This document shows positions 1-11,190 of a DNA stretch of 64,000 nucleotides, piece after piece. Position 1 is the stretch's first letter, and every line of letters begins with the position of its first letter. The notes below the pieces were generated by a model. That model had not been told where the DNA came from, did not search any database, and saw nothing but the letters and a program-made list of their open reading frames with translations. The DNA is from Octopus sinensis. Its lineage: Eukaryota. The DNA is taken from positions 12,337,360 to 12,401,359 of the forward strand of contig NC_043019.1 in NCBI RefSeq assembly GCF_006345805.1, read 5' to 3'. Made by a program: the position numbers and the translations under genes.

Positions 1-503
1 GTCATAGTGAACTATTACCTTGTTTGGAAATAGGTGAGGGTTGGCAACGGGAAGAGCATCTGGCTGTAGAATATCTGCCTTTAGAATATCCGTCTAACTC
101 GTGCAAATATGGAAAAGTAGATGTTAAATCTGATGGTACTCATAAGCCAATGAATTGGACTACTATGTGTACACAGAATCTGCTAGAAACAGCAACTAAA
201 TCTCCCTTAAATTTTACCATACCACAAAAAAAAAAAAAAGACCCCAGTGTAAAACCCATTTTATACTGTCATCTCAGATATGCTATGTTTGAAATTGTAA
301 TAGGATGGTCATGGTTGGATTTTCTTCGCTAGTTTGGCTGAATCAAGGCTGATCTCAGAGAAAACGTGTTCACACATTTTGCTGGGTAACGTACTAGCTC
401 AAGGGACGTAACTTTAGGTGAATTGTATGGTAGCCTGGAGATTATTTCCCCTTTGTTTGTTTTCATCAATGTTCAACAGCTTTCATAATTTCAACGCCAT
501 TGC

Positions 504-541
<38 letters not shown>

Positions 542-971
542 CCTTTCTACTAAAGGCACAATGCCTGAAATTTGTGGGGAGGGGACAAGTCAATTACATC
601 GACCACAGTGTTTCACTGGTACTTAATTTATTGACCCTGAAAGGATAAAAGGCAAAGTTGGCCTCGGCAGAATTTGAACTCAGAACGTAGTAATTGGATG
701 AAATGCTGCTAAGCATTTTTGTCTAGCACACTTAATGATTGTGCCAGCTTGCCGGCTTCTGGTGGAACTTCTTAATCACACAACCATGCTGATGTCTGTT
801 TTTAAAAAAAGTGTGTCTGTTCTTTTATTATTGTTTCTTTTACTTGTTTCAGTCATTAGACTGTGGCCATGCTGGAGCACCGCCTTGGAAGATTTTAGTT
901 GAATGAATTGATCCTAGTACTTGTTTTTAAACATGATACTTATTCTATTAGAGCCTTTTTGCCGAACCACT

Positions 972-1218
972 AGATCTAGCCACTTTCCTCGCAGGTCTAG
1001 CCCCTTTCCTCGCAGGTCTAGCCCCTTTCCTCGCGGGTCTAGCCACTTTCCTCATAGGTCTAGTCACTTTCCTCGCAGATCTAACCCCTATCCTTGCAGG
1101 TCTAACCCCTTTCCTTGCAGATCTAGCCCTTTTCTTGCAAGTCTAGCCCCTTTCATCGCAGGTCTAGCCCCTTTCCTCGCAGATCTAGCACCTTTCCTCG
1201 CAGGTCTAACCCCTTTCC
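972..1218. repeat. 21-bp minisatellite, ~12 units
   Basis: Unit aggtctagcccctttcctcgc. Confidence 0.95.
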
Positions 1219-1271
1219 TATATATATACTTGGAAATGGATGCGTCACGTTCAGTTAAATGACAAATAATG

Positions 1272-1306
<35 letters not shown>

Positions 1307-1309
<3 letters not shown>

Positions 1310-1546
1310 GCATATATGGGTACAGGATGTCACCAACTGTGCAAATAACAAGAAATACACAAACAAACGAGTTAAATATGTAAACAAGGAGAAGAAATAG
1401 ACAACCGACAACTGATGAAGGGTCCTTTCTCTGTGTTTACTTGTCCTGTTTTCCATTTTTTCTCGTTGTATACGAATTTTACTCAATTCTTTATGTATTT
1501 CATGTTATTTGCACTGTTGGTGATGTCCTGTACCCATACATGCATG
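1307..1546. mobile_element. Foldback/MITE-like element in (TA)n
   Basis: Inverted arms catgcatatatgggtacaggatgtcaccaactgtgcaaataaca / tgttatttgcactgttggtgatgtcctgtacccatacatgcatg. Confidence 0.8.
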
Positions 1547-1600
1547 TATATATATGTGTGTGTGTGTGTGTGTATGTATATATATATATATATATATATA

Positions 1601-1800
1601 GTATAGGACAATTAGTAAGTTGTCATAATAGAACTCAGAGTTTCAAATGCCAGAGCTAAAAGCTTTGATGCATTTTCATTGGCTATTTGGACGGTTTTAT
1701 CATAGCATCTATCGTCCAAATAGCCAATGGAAATGCCTCGAAGCTTTTAGTCCAGCATTTGAAACTCTGAGTCCTATTATGATAACTTACTGATTGCCTT

Positions 1801-1803
<3 letters not shown>
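1601..1803. mobile_element. Foldback/MITE-like element in (TA)n
   Basis: About 92-bp inverted arms (1601-1693 / 1713-1803), TA tracts on both sides. Confidence 0.82.
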
Positions 1804-1832
<29 letters not shown>

Positions 1833-1836
<4 letters not shown>

Positions 1837-2081
1837 GCCATGATAGATTGTTAGCCACTACACACATTTTTTTTCTCTCCTTGTTTTTTTTCTCTCTTTT
1901 TTCTTCTCTCCTTTTTTTTTCTCTCCTTGTTTCTCTCCTCGTTTTTTTCTGTGTCCCTTTCTGTAGAAGAGTGTAGGCTCAAAACGTAAAAGACTTTTTC
2001 TATTCCTGAGCGTTATACTAATACATCTGTTTGTTTTATACACCACCTGTCTTCATCTTTTGTTTTTTTAGTAAACTCTCC
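1833..2081 (+). mobile_element. (TA)n-embedded Penelope-like terminal-repeat element, copy 1
   Basis: Homologous in reverse orientation to 39871-40036; flanked by TA/CT tracts; carries the hammerhead-like motif. Confidence 0.6.
1957..1992 (+). ncRNA. Decayed copy of the same minimal hammerhead-like fold
   Basis: cttt-CTGTAGA-a-gagt gtag gctc-aAAA-cg-TA-aaag; G12 lost at a CpG site. Confidence 0.45.
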
Positions 2082-2159
<78 letters not shown>

Positions 2160-2231
2160 TCTTCTATTTACATAATATTGAGGTCTCATTCTTCTGTTGT
2201 CATTTTACCATTATTAATATATGTATTATTA

Positions 2232-2591
2232 TACTCTTTTACTTGTTTGTCATTTGACTGTGGCCATACTGGAGCACCGCCTTTAGTCGAGCAAACCAAC
2301 CCTAGGACTTATTCTTTGTAAGCCTAGTACTTATTTTATCAGTCTCTTTTGCCGAACCGCTAAGTTACAGGGATGTAAACACACCAGCATCGGTTGTCAA
2401 GCGATGTTGAGGGGACAAATATATACACACACATACGCATATATATATATATATGACGGGCTTCTTTCAGTTTCCGTCTATTAAATCCACTCGCAAGGCT
2501 TTGGTAGAAGACACTTGCCCAAGGTGCCATGCTGTGGGCCTGAACCCGGAACCATGTGGTTGGTAAGCAAGCTACTTATCACACAGCCATG
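2232..2591 (-). mobile_element. SINE-A copy
   Basis: Colinear with 2789-3208. Confidence 0.88.
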
Positions 2592-2700
2592 TCCCCATCA
2601 CAGCTTGACAACCAGCATGGGCATGTTTAAGACCCTGTAACATAGAAGTTCAGCAAAAGAGACCAATAGAATAAGTACCTGGCTTAACACAGATCAAGTA

Positions 2701-3332
2701 CAGTAATTCCTCGCTATATTGCAGTTTATTATTTAAGCTTATGTCAGTTCCTCTGTGGTGATGTTTTGCATTTATAATAAAATAAATTCTCTCTTTTCTC
2801 TTTTACTTGTTTCCGTCATTTGGCTGCGGCCATGCTGGAGCACCGCATTTAGTCGAGCAAATCGACCTCTCAGGACTTATTCTTTGTAAGCCCAGTACTT
2901 ATTCTATCGGTCTCTTTTGCCGAACCGCTAAGTGACGGGGATGTAAACACACCAGCATCGGTTGTCAAGCAATGCTAGGGAGACAAACACGGACACACGA
3001 ACATATACACACGCATACATATATATATATACATATATATATATATACGACAGGCTCCTTTCAGTTTCCGTTTACCAAATCCACTCACAAGGCATTGGTC
3101 GGCCTGGGGCTATAGCAGAAGACACTTGCCCAAGATGCCACGCAGTGGGACTGAACCCGGAACCATGTGGTTGGTTAGCAAGCTACTTACCACACAGCCA
3201 CTCCTGCATATACAAATTATAAAAATAATAAATAAAATATACAGTACAGTACTGCTTTTACTTTGCGGATTTTCACCTATCATGGTGGGTGGGGTTTGGA
3301 ATGTAACACCTGCGATAGACCAGGTGTTGCTG
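2701..3332. mobile_element. Tigger/pogo-like MITE containing a SINE-A insertion
   Basis: TA flanks, imperfect TIR cagtaattcctcgctatattgc / gcgatagaccaggtgttgctg; itself interrupts an older SINE-A tail. Confidence 0.55.
2789..3208 (-). mobile_element. SINE-A (tRNA-derived, ~420 bp, internal TA/CA tract, TAAAAGAG tail)
   Basis: Head with A box TGGCTGTGTGG and B box GGTTCAGTCCC; many copies in window. Confidence 0.9.
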
Positions 3333-4033
3333 TATTGGAGTTGATTCAGTCAGCTAAAAATTCTTCATGGCCGCAGTCTAATGACTGAAACCAGTAAAAA
3401 TCAAAAGGTAAAAAGATGTGTGTGTGTGTAATAGTGTCCACCTGTGTGCTGTAGCTTTTTTTTGGCTATTGCTTTCTTTCTGAAGGAGGGTATTTATGTA
3501 ATGACCACCGGTCACCTGGTTGTGAATGTGTGCAGAGTTGGTGTGAGTGAGACTGTTAAGTGACGAAAGAAGAACATGGAAGAAGAATTAATGGTTGTAG
3601 GAGAGAGAGGAAAATTTTCTTTCTTCCTCTCTCTCTCTTACAGTGAGCATGAGTGGTAAAAAGAGGGTTAGAGAGAGAGAGAAAGAGAAGCAGGGAAAGG
3701 GTGTAGTAGTGGGGTGGCTGGATTAAGATAGCCAGAAGGGTTTAAATATAAATTTAAATTGCCTGTTTGAGGGTGTAATTTTGACCCGAAACGGATTCCT
3801 TTGTAGCTAGCATAGCAGTCGGTCGGCCTTTGCTTGGCCAGTGTCTATTTTCATTGCTGATTAAAACCCCGGAGATGAGCTGTGTGCGAATGTGCTTGCG
3901 TGTGTGTGTGTGTATATGTGTGTGTGTTTGTGTTTTGAGGAGTTGGAGGTGAGATAGTGACTCAGGTAGAGGAGACAGTACTGGTTGCTGAAGTTGTCCT
4001 TGAAAATCAAAGGAAACTATTTGGAAAGAAGCA

Positions 4034-4050
4034 ACACACACACACACACA

Positions 4051-4091
<41 letters not shown>

Positions 4092-4580
4092 GCACACTCA
4101 CACACACACACTCACTCACACACACTCACACACACACACACACTCACACACACACTCACACACACACACTCACTCACACACACACACTCACACTCACACA
4201 CACACACACACTCACACACACTCACACACACTCACACACACACACACACAACTCACACACACACACTCACACACACTCACACACACACACTCACACACAC
4301 ACACACACCACACACACACTCACACACACTCACACACACTCACACACACACTCACACACACAACACACTCACACACACACACACACTCACACACCACACA
4401 CACACACTCCACACACACTCACACACACTCACACACACACACACTCACACACACACACTCACACACACTCACACACACACACACACACTCACACACACAC
4501 TCACACACACACTCACACACACACACACTCACACACACACACTCACACACACACTCACACACACACACACACATACACAC
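4034..4580. repeat. (CA)n/(CT) compound microsatellite
   Basis: Direct reading. Confidence 0.97.
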
Positions 4581-5700
4581 ATACATGTATATAGATAGAT
4601 AAGGCGATATAAATAGCTTCAACTCTAAGATAAGATAAGCAATGATACTATCTTCGTTGCTGGCACCCACCCTCTCCACCACCTTCTTTCCTCTGCACAC
4701 ATTTCCACCAACCATTTAATCTAAAGGAAGGTCAAAGTTGAGTGACATGTTTCCTGTCCCCCCCCCCCCCCGGCTCCCCGCTATTGTTGTAGTGTTTGTG
4801 TGTGGACATGGCAATGATAATGGAATTTTTGTCTTTGATTTCTTCCTTTAAGCAAATAATGAGGATAAAACGGGGTTTCAAATTTTGGCACAAACCCAGC
4901 AGATTTGGAGACTGGGGGCACAAGTCAGTTATATCAACCCGGGTGTTCAACTGGTACTTATTTTATTAACTCCTATTTCTTTACTACCCACAAGGGGCTA
5001 AACACAGAGAGGACAAACAAGGACAGGCAAACGGATTAAGTCTGATTATATCGACCCCAGTGTGTAACTGGTACTTATTTAATCGACCCCGAAAAGATGA
5101 AAGGCAAAGCCGACCTCGGCGGAATTTGAACTCAGAACGTAGCAACAGACGAAATACCGCTAAGCATTTCGCCCAGCATGCTAACGTTTCTGCCAACCTC
5201 AGCAGAATCTGAACTCAGAACATAAAGGGTAAAGATTCCCTTTGGTCATAAACGACCTTGGGATTGCACCTAGAAAGTTCCTCTCCAGAGCACAAATCTG
5301 GTCAAAGTTGTTTATGGACAACCAGTGCTTGTCCATGCATACCAGCCACCCATCTCCGTGCCACCGATGTTACCCAAGGGAAAGGCAAAGGCTGATACAA
5401 CTTGGCACCTGTGATGTTGCAACTCATTTCTACAGCTGAGTGAACTGGAGTAACGTGAAATAAAGTATCTTGCTTAAGAACACAACACACAGCCCAGTCC
5501 AGGCATCAAGTTCACTAAAATCTTGATTGTGAGCCTGGCACTTTAATCCAGGGGAACCAATTAGTTATTTCGTTGATCCTGTAAAGATAAAAGGCAAAGT
5601 TGACCTCAGCAGAATTTGAACTCAGAACGTAAAAATTGGATGAAATGCTGCTGAGCATTTTGTCCAGTGTGTTAACAATTCTGCCAGCTTCATGCCTTAA

Positions 5701-5920
5701 CCCTTTCATTACTGTATTTATTTTGAGATGCTCTGTGTTTCTTTCAATTACTTTAAATCTAACAAAGAATTTAGTAAAATAACTTAGTTATCATTCAGCT
5801 AGTATTAGGAACATAAATTGTGACTAAGGTTTGGTGGAAGATTTTAATTCAAAACTTATGAAAACAAGACATTTGTACTCAGAGCCAGAGCCGGTTTCAG
5901 CCGGGCTGGTAACAAAAGGG
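5701..5920 (+). mobile_element. piggyBac-type MITE family 1 (220 bp)
   Basis: TTAA on both sides, CCCTTT...AAAGGG termini; near-identical inverted copy at 52631-52850. Confidence 0.88.
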
Positions 5921-6186
5921 TTAAAGTAAGGTCATATTTACTCCCTTGCTAGACATGTTTTTCTCAGAAAACTGGAAATGAATGCCATCGGTTGTAGGAT
6001 GGTGCCTTCTTGTTTACAACTATTACACAATTTTGAGTCTAGGGTAAATACACACACACACACACACTGCTTTGATTAGCCCAAGGCTGTTGTAGAAGAC
6101 ATAATCCCAAGGCACCATACAGTAAGATTGGACCCAAGTTCGTATAGTTGGGAAGAAAGTTTCTTAACCCTTTAACATTCAGATTT

Positions 6187-6412
6187 TTTATTGGCCACAA
6201 GAAGCTAAACATAGAGGGGACAAACAAGGACAGACAAAGGTATTAAGTCGATTACATTGACCCCAGTGCATAACTAGTATTTAATTTATCAATCTCGAAA
6301 GGATGGAAGGCAAAGTCGACCTCGGCGGAATTTGAACTCAGAACGTAACGGCAGACGAAATACCGCTAAGAATTTCGCCCGGCGTGCTAACAATTCTGCC
6401 AGCTCGCTGCCT
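6187..6412 (-). mobile_element. SINE-B (~225 bp, tRNA-like head) fused head-to-head with U2 fragment
   Basis: Head ggcagcgagctggcagaa, B-box-like gagttcaaattc; TSD taacattcagattt flanks SINE plus U2 together. Confidence 0.88.
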
Positions 6413-6444
6413 TCTTAGCCTTTTGGCTAAGATGAAGTGTAGTA
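6411..6444 (+). pseudogene. U2 snRNA 5' fragment (nt ~5-38)
   Basis: cttcttagccttttggctaagatgaagtgtagta matches conserved U2 CTTCTCGGCCTTTTGGCTAAGATCAAGTGTAGTA at 31/34; ends at the branch-point recognition sequence GUAGUA. Confidence 0.85.
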
Positions 6445-6573
6445 ACATTCAGATTTCTTGGTCGAATGTATTGCTTATTTTTTCACATTGTTTTGAATTA
6501 ATCACATATTGTCTTGTAGCTTTTAAGATTCCAGTGGTGTGTTTGTATATTTTTAGACTGACATTGTAGGATA

Positions 6574-7051
6574 TGCATAAGATCTGGTCATCAAATCTAA
6601 GTAGAGACTTCAAACTTGAAATCTTCAAAGCCACAGTCGAACCAATTCTACTATATGGCTCAGAAACCTGGACGTTATCAAAGAAGCTTGAGAGGCGGTT
6701 GGATGGAACCTACACTCGCCTCCTTATGAGAGCTCAAAATCTCTCGTGGAAGCGCCATCCAACCAAAATGCAAATATATGGGAAACTACCACCTGTGTCA
6801 TCTCTTGTGAAAGGTAGGAGAGTCCAGTTTGCTGGACATTGTTGTAGAGCTGAAAAAGAGGTAATTTCTACTCTCCTCTTCTGGAAGCCATCTACTCGCA
6901 ATACCAGAGGGCGCACACTCTCCTACCCTGATGTAATCTCCAGGGAGACAGGCATCCAGCAATAGGACCTCCGTAATGCCATGATGGACCGTGAAGTCTG
7001 GTGTAGCATGGTAAATTCCATTGTCTCGACCACGGTCGAACAATGATGATG
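6574..7051 (+). mobile_element. 5'-truncated RTE-clade LINE (ORF C-terminus)
   Basis: KLEIFKATVEPILLYGSETWTL...FAGH...DREVW motifs, premature TAG ending at 6965, (TGA)n tail, aggata repeated at both ends. Confidence 0.9.
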
Positions 7052-7348
7052 AGGATAGGTTTAAGACATTGGATTTGATCAGGTTTAACATAAAACAGGT
7101 AGAATATTTGGGCTGGATATGGCTGGATTAAACACTGAAGGGTTAATGAATACAGCCCTGCCCCTTATCTTTTCTTGTTTCTTTTTTTTCCCTAATTCTT
7201 CCCCCTCCATTCTGAAAAAAAACCCTGTTTCCTCCTCCTATAAAATAAGGCCTTTCTCCATCCTTCTGAACTATTCTCTTGCTTCCCAATGTCAATTTGA
7301 GCTAACAGCTGACCTGTCTTATAGCTTCTTACCATAATCTGTTTGCAG

Positions 7349-7420
7349 TTGCATCCTCACCTCCGACCTCTGACGTCAGTGTAGTTCATCCTTCACCGGA
7401 ACAAAACAGACCGGCCAATG
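7349..7420 (+). CDS. Candidate internal exon (72 nt, phase 1-1): xASSPPTSDVSVVHPSPEQNRPAN
   Basis: Acceptor ctgtttgcag after a pyrimidine-rich tract, donor atg/gtaagt, length divisible by 3, open frame, non-repetitive, CpGs retained; no recognisable domain. Confidence 0.55.
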
Positions 7421-7506
7421 GTAAGTCCGTCATTTTTTTTTTTTCCACTTTTGTTTTGTCACCTTTTGCTTTTTGCTTCTTCTTTTGTGCAGAATCTGGC
7501 TTTTAA

Positions 7507-7727
7507 CCCTTTAGTGTTCGCATTATTCTGCCGAAATTAATGCTTTTTCATCCACATTGTTTTGAACTAATCAAACATTATCTTGGAGCCATGAGATTTT
7601 GATGAGGTAGCTGTTAATTTTTAAAACGATATTGTAGGATTGGTGTGAGAGACCAGATCTGGCCAGTTTGAACATAAAACAGGCAGAATACTTTTGGCCG
7701 GATATAACCGGTTTAAATACTAAAGGG
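7507..7727 (+). mobile_element. piggyBac-type MITE family 2 (221 bp)
   Basis: TTAA TSD, ccctttag...ctaaaggg TIRs. Confidence 0.85.
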
Positions 7728-8055
7728 TTAATGTTTTTTTTTTTTTCAATGGTGTCAGTCTATGCAGAGCACCCACACTATGGTAGGGTACCATCTTGAA
7801 GGAACCATGGCTGGTATTTTAGCAGAGGATGTCAAATGACAGACACCTTATTTTATTTTTTGAGTGTGTGTAAAGGGTGGGAAGCAAAGAGAAATGGAAA
7901 TACCAGAAGTTATTTTCTTTAGATGCAACAAATTTTTCTGTCCTCCATCACAATCACACCCCACTCCAACATATACACACACATACACAATCATCATTAA
8001 CATTACCATTACAACCACTATCACCATCAACATCACCACCGCCACCATCATGTGA

Positions 8056-8271
8056 TTCTCTTTACTCTTTTACTTGTTTCAGTCATTTGACTGCGGCCAT
8101 GCTGGAGCACCGCCTTTAGTCAAGCAAATCGACCCCGGGACTTATTCTTTGTAAGCCCAGTACTTATTCTATCGGTCTCTATTGTCGAACCGCTAAGTAA
8201 CGGGGACATAAACACACCAGCATCGGTTGTCAAGCAATGCTAGGGGGACAAACACACTCACACAAACACAT

Positions 8272-8310
<39 letters not shown>

Positions 8311-8473
8311 CGACAGGCTTCTTTCAGTTTCCGTCTACCAAATCTACTCACAAGGCATTGGTCGGCCTGAGGCTATAGTAGAAGACACTTGCCCAAGATG
8401 CCACGCAGTAGGACTGAATCCGGAACCATGTGGTCGGTTAGCAAGCTACTTACCACACAGCCACTCCTGCGCC
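8056..8473 (-). mobile_element. SINE-A full-length copy
   Basis: Head ggcgcaggagtggctgtgtgg on minus strand, complete tail. Confidence 0.9.
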
Positions 8474-9630
8474 TGATTGTATGATTTTAGAATGACATTG
8501 TAGGGTAAGTGTGAGAGGTTGGATGTGGCCAGTCTGAGCACAAAACAAGTAAACATGGCATTCAGGTTATTCTGTCAAATGTGACGCTTCTCTCACAGAA
8601 AGAATCGAGACCCCTATGATGTGATTGTTTATTTTTAGAAAAAACATTGTAGGGTAGGTGCAAGAAGCTAGACCTGGATGGTTTGAATATAAAAGAAGTA
8701 AAATATTTGGGCCGGTTATACCCGGTTTAAATTCTAGAAGACTAAATACTACAAGAAACCTGTGTCATAAACCCAGGGACGGTCTGAGACAAATTGGTAT
8801 CAAAAGGATTAAGATAACACAATGAGATTTGATTTTGATTTAGAAGCTCCCTCGTGGGTTCAGTTCTTCATTTTCTTCAGATGGTAGGGTGTAATTTGAG
8901 GGTGATTTGCCTGCTATTTCTAGTTGGTTGAGCAACAACTGCAGAGAGGCTCCCTCATTTACACGTTGTTTGGAAGCAAACTAACAGAAATGGTACAGTG
9001 CTAGACTAAAGAATTTAAAGTATTTAGCCCCACCCCGTCTCTCTCTCTTGTTCCAAGATCTAATCTTGCCAGGGTAACCAAGGTAACTTTGTCCTTCATC
9101 CTTCTGTTGGAATCAATAAATCTTGTACTAGGAATGGTATATTTGGGCTGATTCTATTAACTGACTGTATTTCTTTTGCTCTTCAAAAGAGTTGGCCCTT
9201 TGCCTGGTGTAAAAGAAATAATAATAATAATAATAGTAATAATAATTGTAGTCTGGTATTTGAGCTTAATTTTTTTTCTCTTTTATGCTACATGCCACAC
9301 TACATTTTTGTAATATTTCTTTAAGTATTGGATTAGTTCCTATAATAATAAACATATATTTACATATATATTTTTGGAACTACTCTTTATTACAATCACT
9401 ACTACAACTGCAACCACCACCACCACCACCACTGTGTTAATATTTGCTTTTCCATGCTCTTACATGGAGTAAATGGAATTCATCAAGGCAGCTCTGTCCA
9501 TGGCCAGATGGGATGTCCCTTCTGTCACCAACCCTCAATTGTTTCCAAGCAACTAAATGTTTTCCCATGGTTAGCCATGCTTTTGCAGAAAACTGGAAAC
9601 AAAGGACTCTGCTTGTTTGACAGTGATCCT

Positions 9631-10027
9631 CATCACCATCATCGTCATCGTTTAACATCCGCTTTCCATGCTAGCATGGGTTGGACGGTTCAACTGGGGT
9701 CTGGGAAGCCAGAAGGTTGCACCAGGCCCAGTCTGATCTGGCAGTGTTTCTACAGCTGGATGCCCTTCCTAACGCCAACCACTCCGTGAGTGTAGTGGGT
9801 GCTTTTTACGTGCCACCTGCACAGGTGCCAGACGAGGCTGGCAAACAGCCACGATTGGATGGTGCTTTTTACGTGCCACCGGCACGGGGGCCAGACGAGG
9901 CTGCCAAACGGCCATGATCGGATGGTGCTTTTTACGTGCCACCAGCGTGGAGGCCAGTCGGGGCGGCGCTGGCAACGGCCACGTTCTGATGGTTTTCTTA
10001 CATGCCATCGGCACTGGTATCACAGCT
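9631..10027 (-). mobile_element. Family C (RTE 3' UTR) truncated copy with four internal ~63-bp units
   Basis: (CAT)n tail on left; ggtgctttttacgtgccacc-like motif at 9798, 9861, 9924, 9991. Confidence 0.85.
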
Positions 10028-10817
10028 GGTATCATCATCAACATTTTAATGTCCACTTTTCCTTGCTTATGTTAAGCAGATGCAGTTAATTGAGGTAGTT
10101 TTTCCTATGGCCGGATGGGATGATCTTCCTGCTGCCGAACCGTACCTGTTTCTAAGCTGGGTAATATCTCCCCTTGGTCCACCCTCTTTTTTTCTTCTTT
10201 ATTTTAGGCACAGGCATGGCTGTGTGGTAAGAAGCTTGCTGCTGCCCAACCACATGGTTCTGGGTTCACTCCCACTGTGTGGCGCCTTGGGCAAGTGTCT
10301 TCTACTATAGCCTCAGGCCAACCAAAACCTTGTGAGAGGATTTGGTAAATGGAAATAGGAAGAAGCCCATTGTATGTATGTGTGTGTGTTTGTCTCCCAC
10401 CATCTCTTGACAACGAGTGTTGGTGTGTTTACATCCCCGCAACTTAGTGGTTCAGCAATATGAGACTGATTTGTTAGCATGCTGGACAAAATGCTTAGCA
10501 GCATTTCATCTGTTCTGAGTTCAAATTCTGCTGAGGTCGGCTTCGCCTTTCATCCTTTTGAGCACTGGGGTTGATGTAATCGACTGAACCACCTGTCCTC
10601 AAAATTGCTGGCCTTGTGCCAAAATGTGAAACCAGTATGCTATGAAAGCATGTCTGGCCATGAGTAAAGATTACTTTGCTTGGCAACAGGAAGGGCATCC
10701 GGTTGTAGAAAACCATCTGAATAAACTTTTTCCGAATTATTCTACTACAATAAATTCAACTTTAATACTCTGATGATAACACAGAAGAAAAAGATGGGAT
10801 GGTCACCGTTGGAGCAC

Positions 10818-11190
10818 TGTTAAGTTAAGTTAAGTTAATCTTTTTGGCTCAAAAAACAAAAAGCAAGGCCATGTAGGGGGACATGGAGTTATGTACAGGG
10901 AGGGTGTTCATACAAAGAGTTCAGGCCATTTCTGGTCAAGAGAGACTTTGAACTGAGCAGTCGTCGGCATCTTCACTATCTCGTCTGGCAGCTTATTCCA
11001 TGGATCCACAACCCGGACGGAGAAAGCCCCTCTCCTTCAATTGAGATGAAATCGTCGCAGATAGAGCTTTTCAGAGTGACCCCGCTGCCGACACTCTGGA
11101 GCAGGAGTGAAGAACAGCTCTTTCGAGAGGTTACACTTTCCGCTTATGATGTTGTGAGCAAGAATGAGATCACCACGACGTCGGCGTTTT
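10818..11190 (-). mobile_element. 5'-truncated CR1-clade LINE
   Basis: Minus strand KRRRRGDLILAHNIISG...RGHSEKL...FSVRVVDPWNKLPDEIV...FKVSLDQKW with one internal stop; (TTAAC)n tail. Confidence 0.9.

Larger units (their letters stand above)
6168..7142 (+). mobile_element. piggyBac-type MITE family 2 with two nested insertions
   Basis: TTAA at 6164-6167 and 7143-7146; removing both inserts restores the family-2 sequence. Confidence 0.8.

Noticed and set aside
2962-3222. Recurring ORFs with DRLLSVSVYQIHSQG...EDTCPRCHAVGLNPEPCG
   Set aside because: Antisense translation of SINE-A, not a gene family
3957-4602. His/Thr-rich ORFs, and similar YI, VC, LS ORFs throughout
   Set aside because: Dinucleotide microsatellite translations
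6411-6444. Functional U2 snRNA gene
   Set aside because: Only 34 nt, no Sm site or 3' domain, inside a TSD-flanked insertion
6573-6965. 130-aa ORF as a host gene
   Set aside because: Truncated RTE LINE fragment with premature stop, tail and TSD
9798-10016. CRISPR-like repeat/spacer appearance
   Set aside because: Spacers are homologous to each other, context is a eukaryotic retroelement UTR, no cas genes
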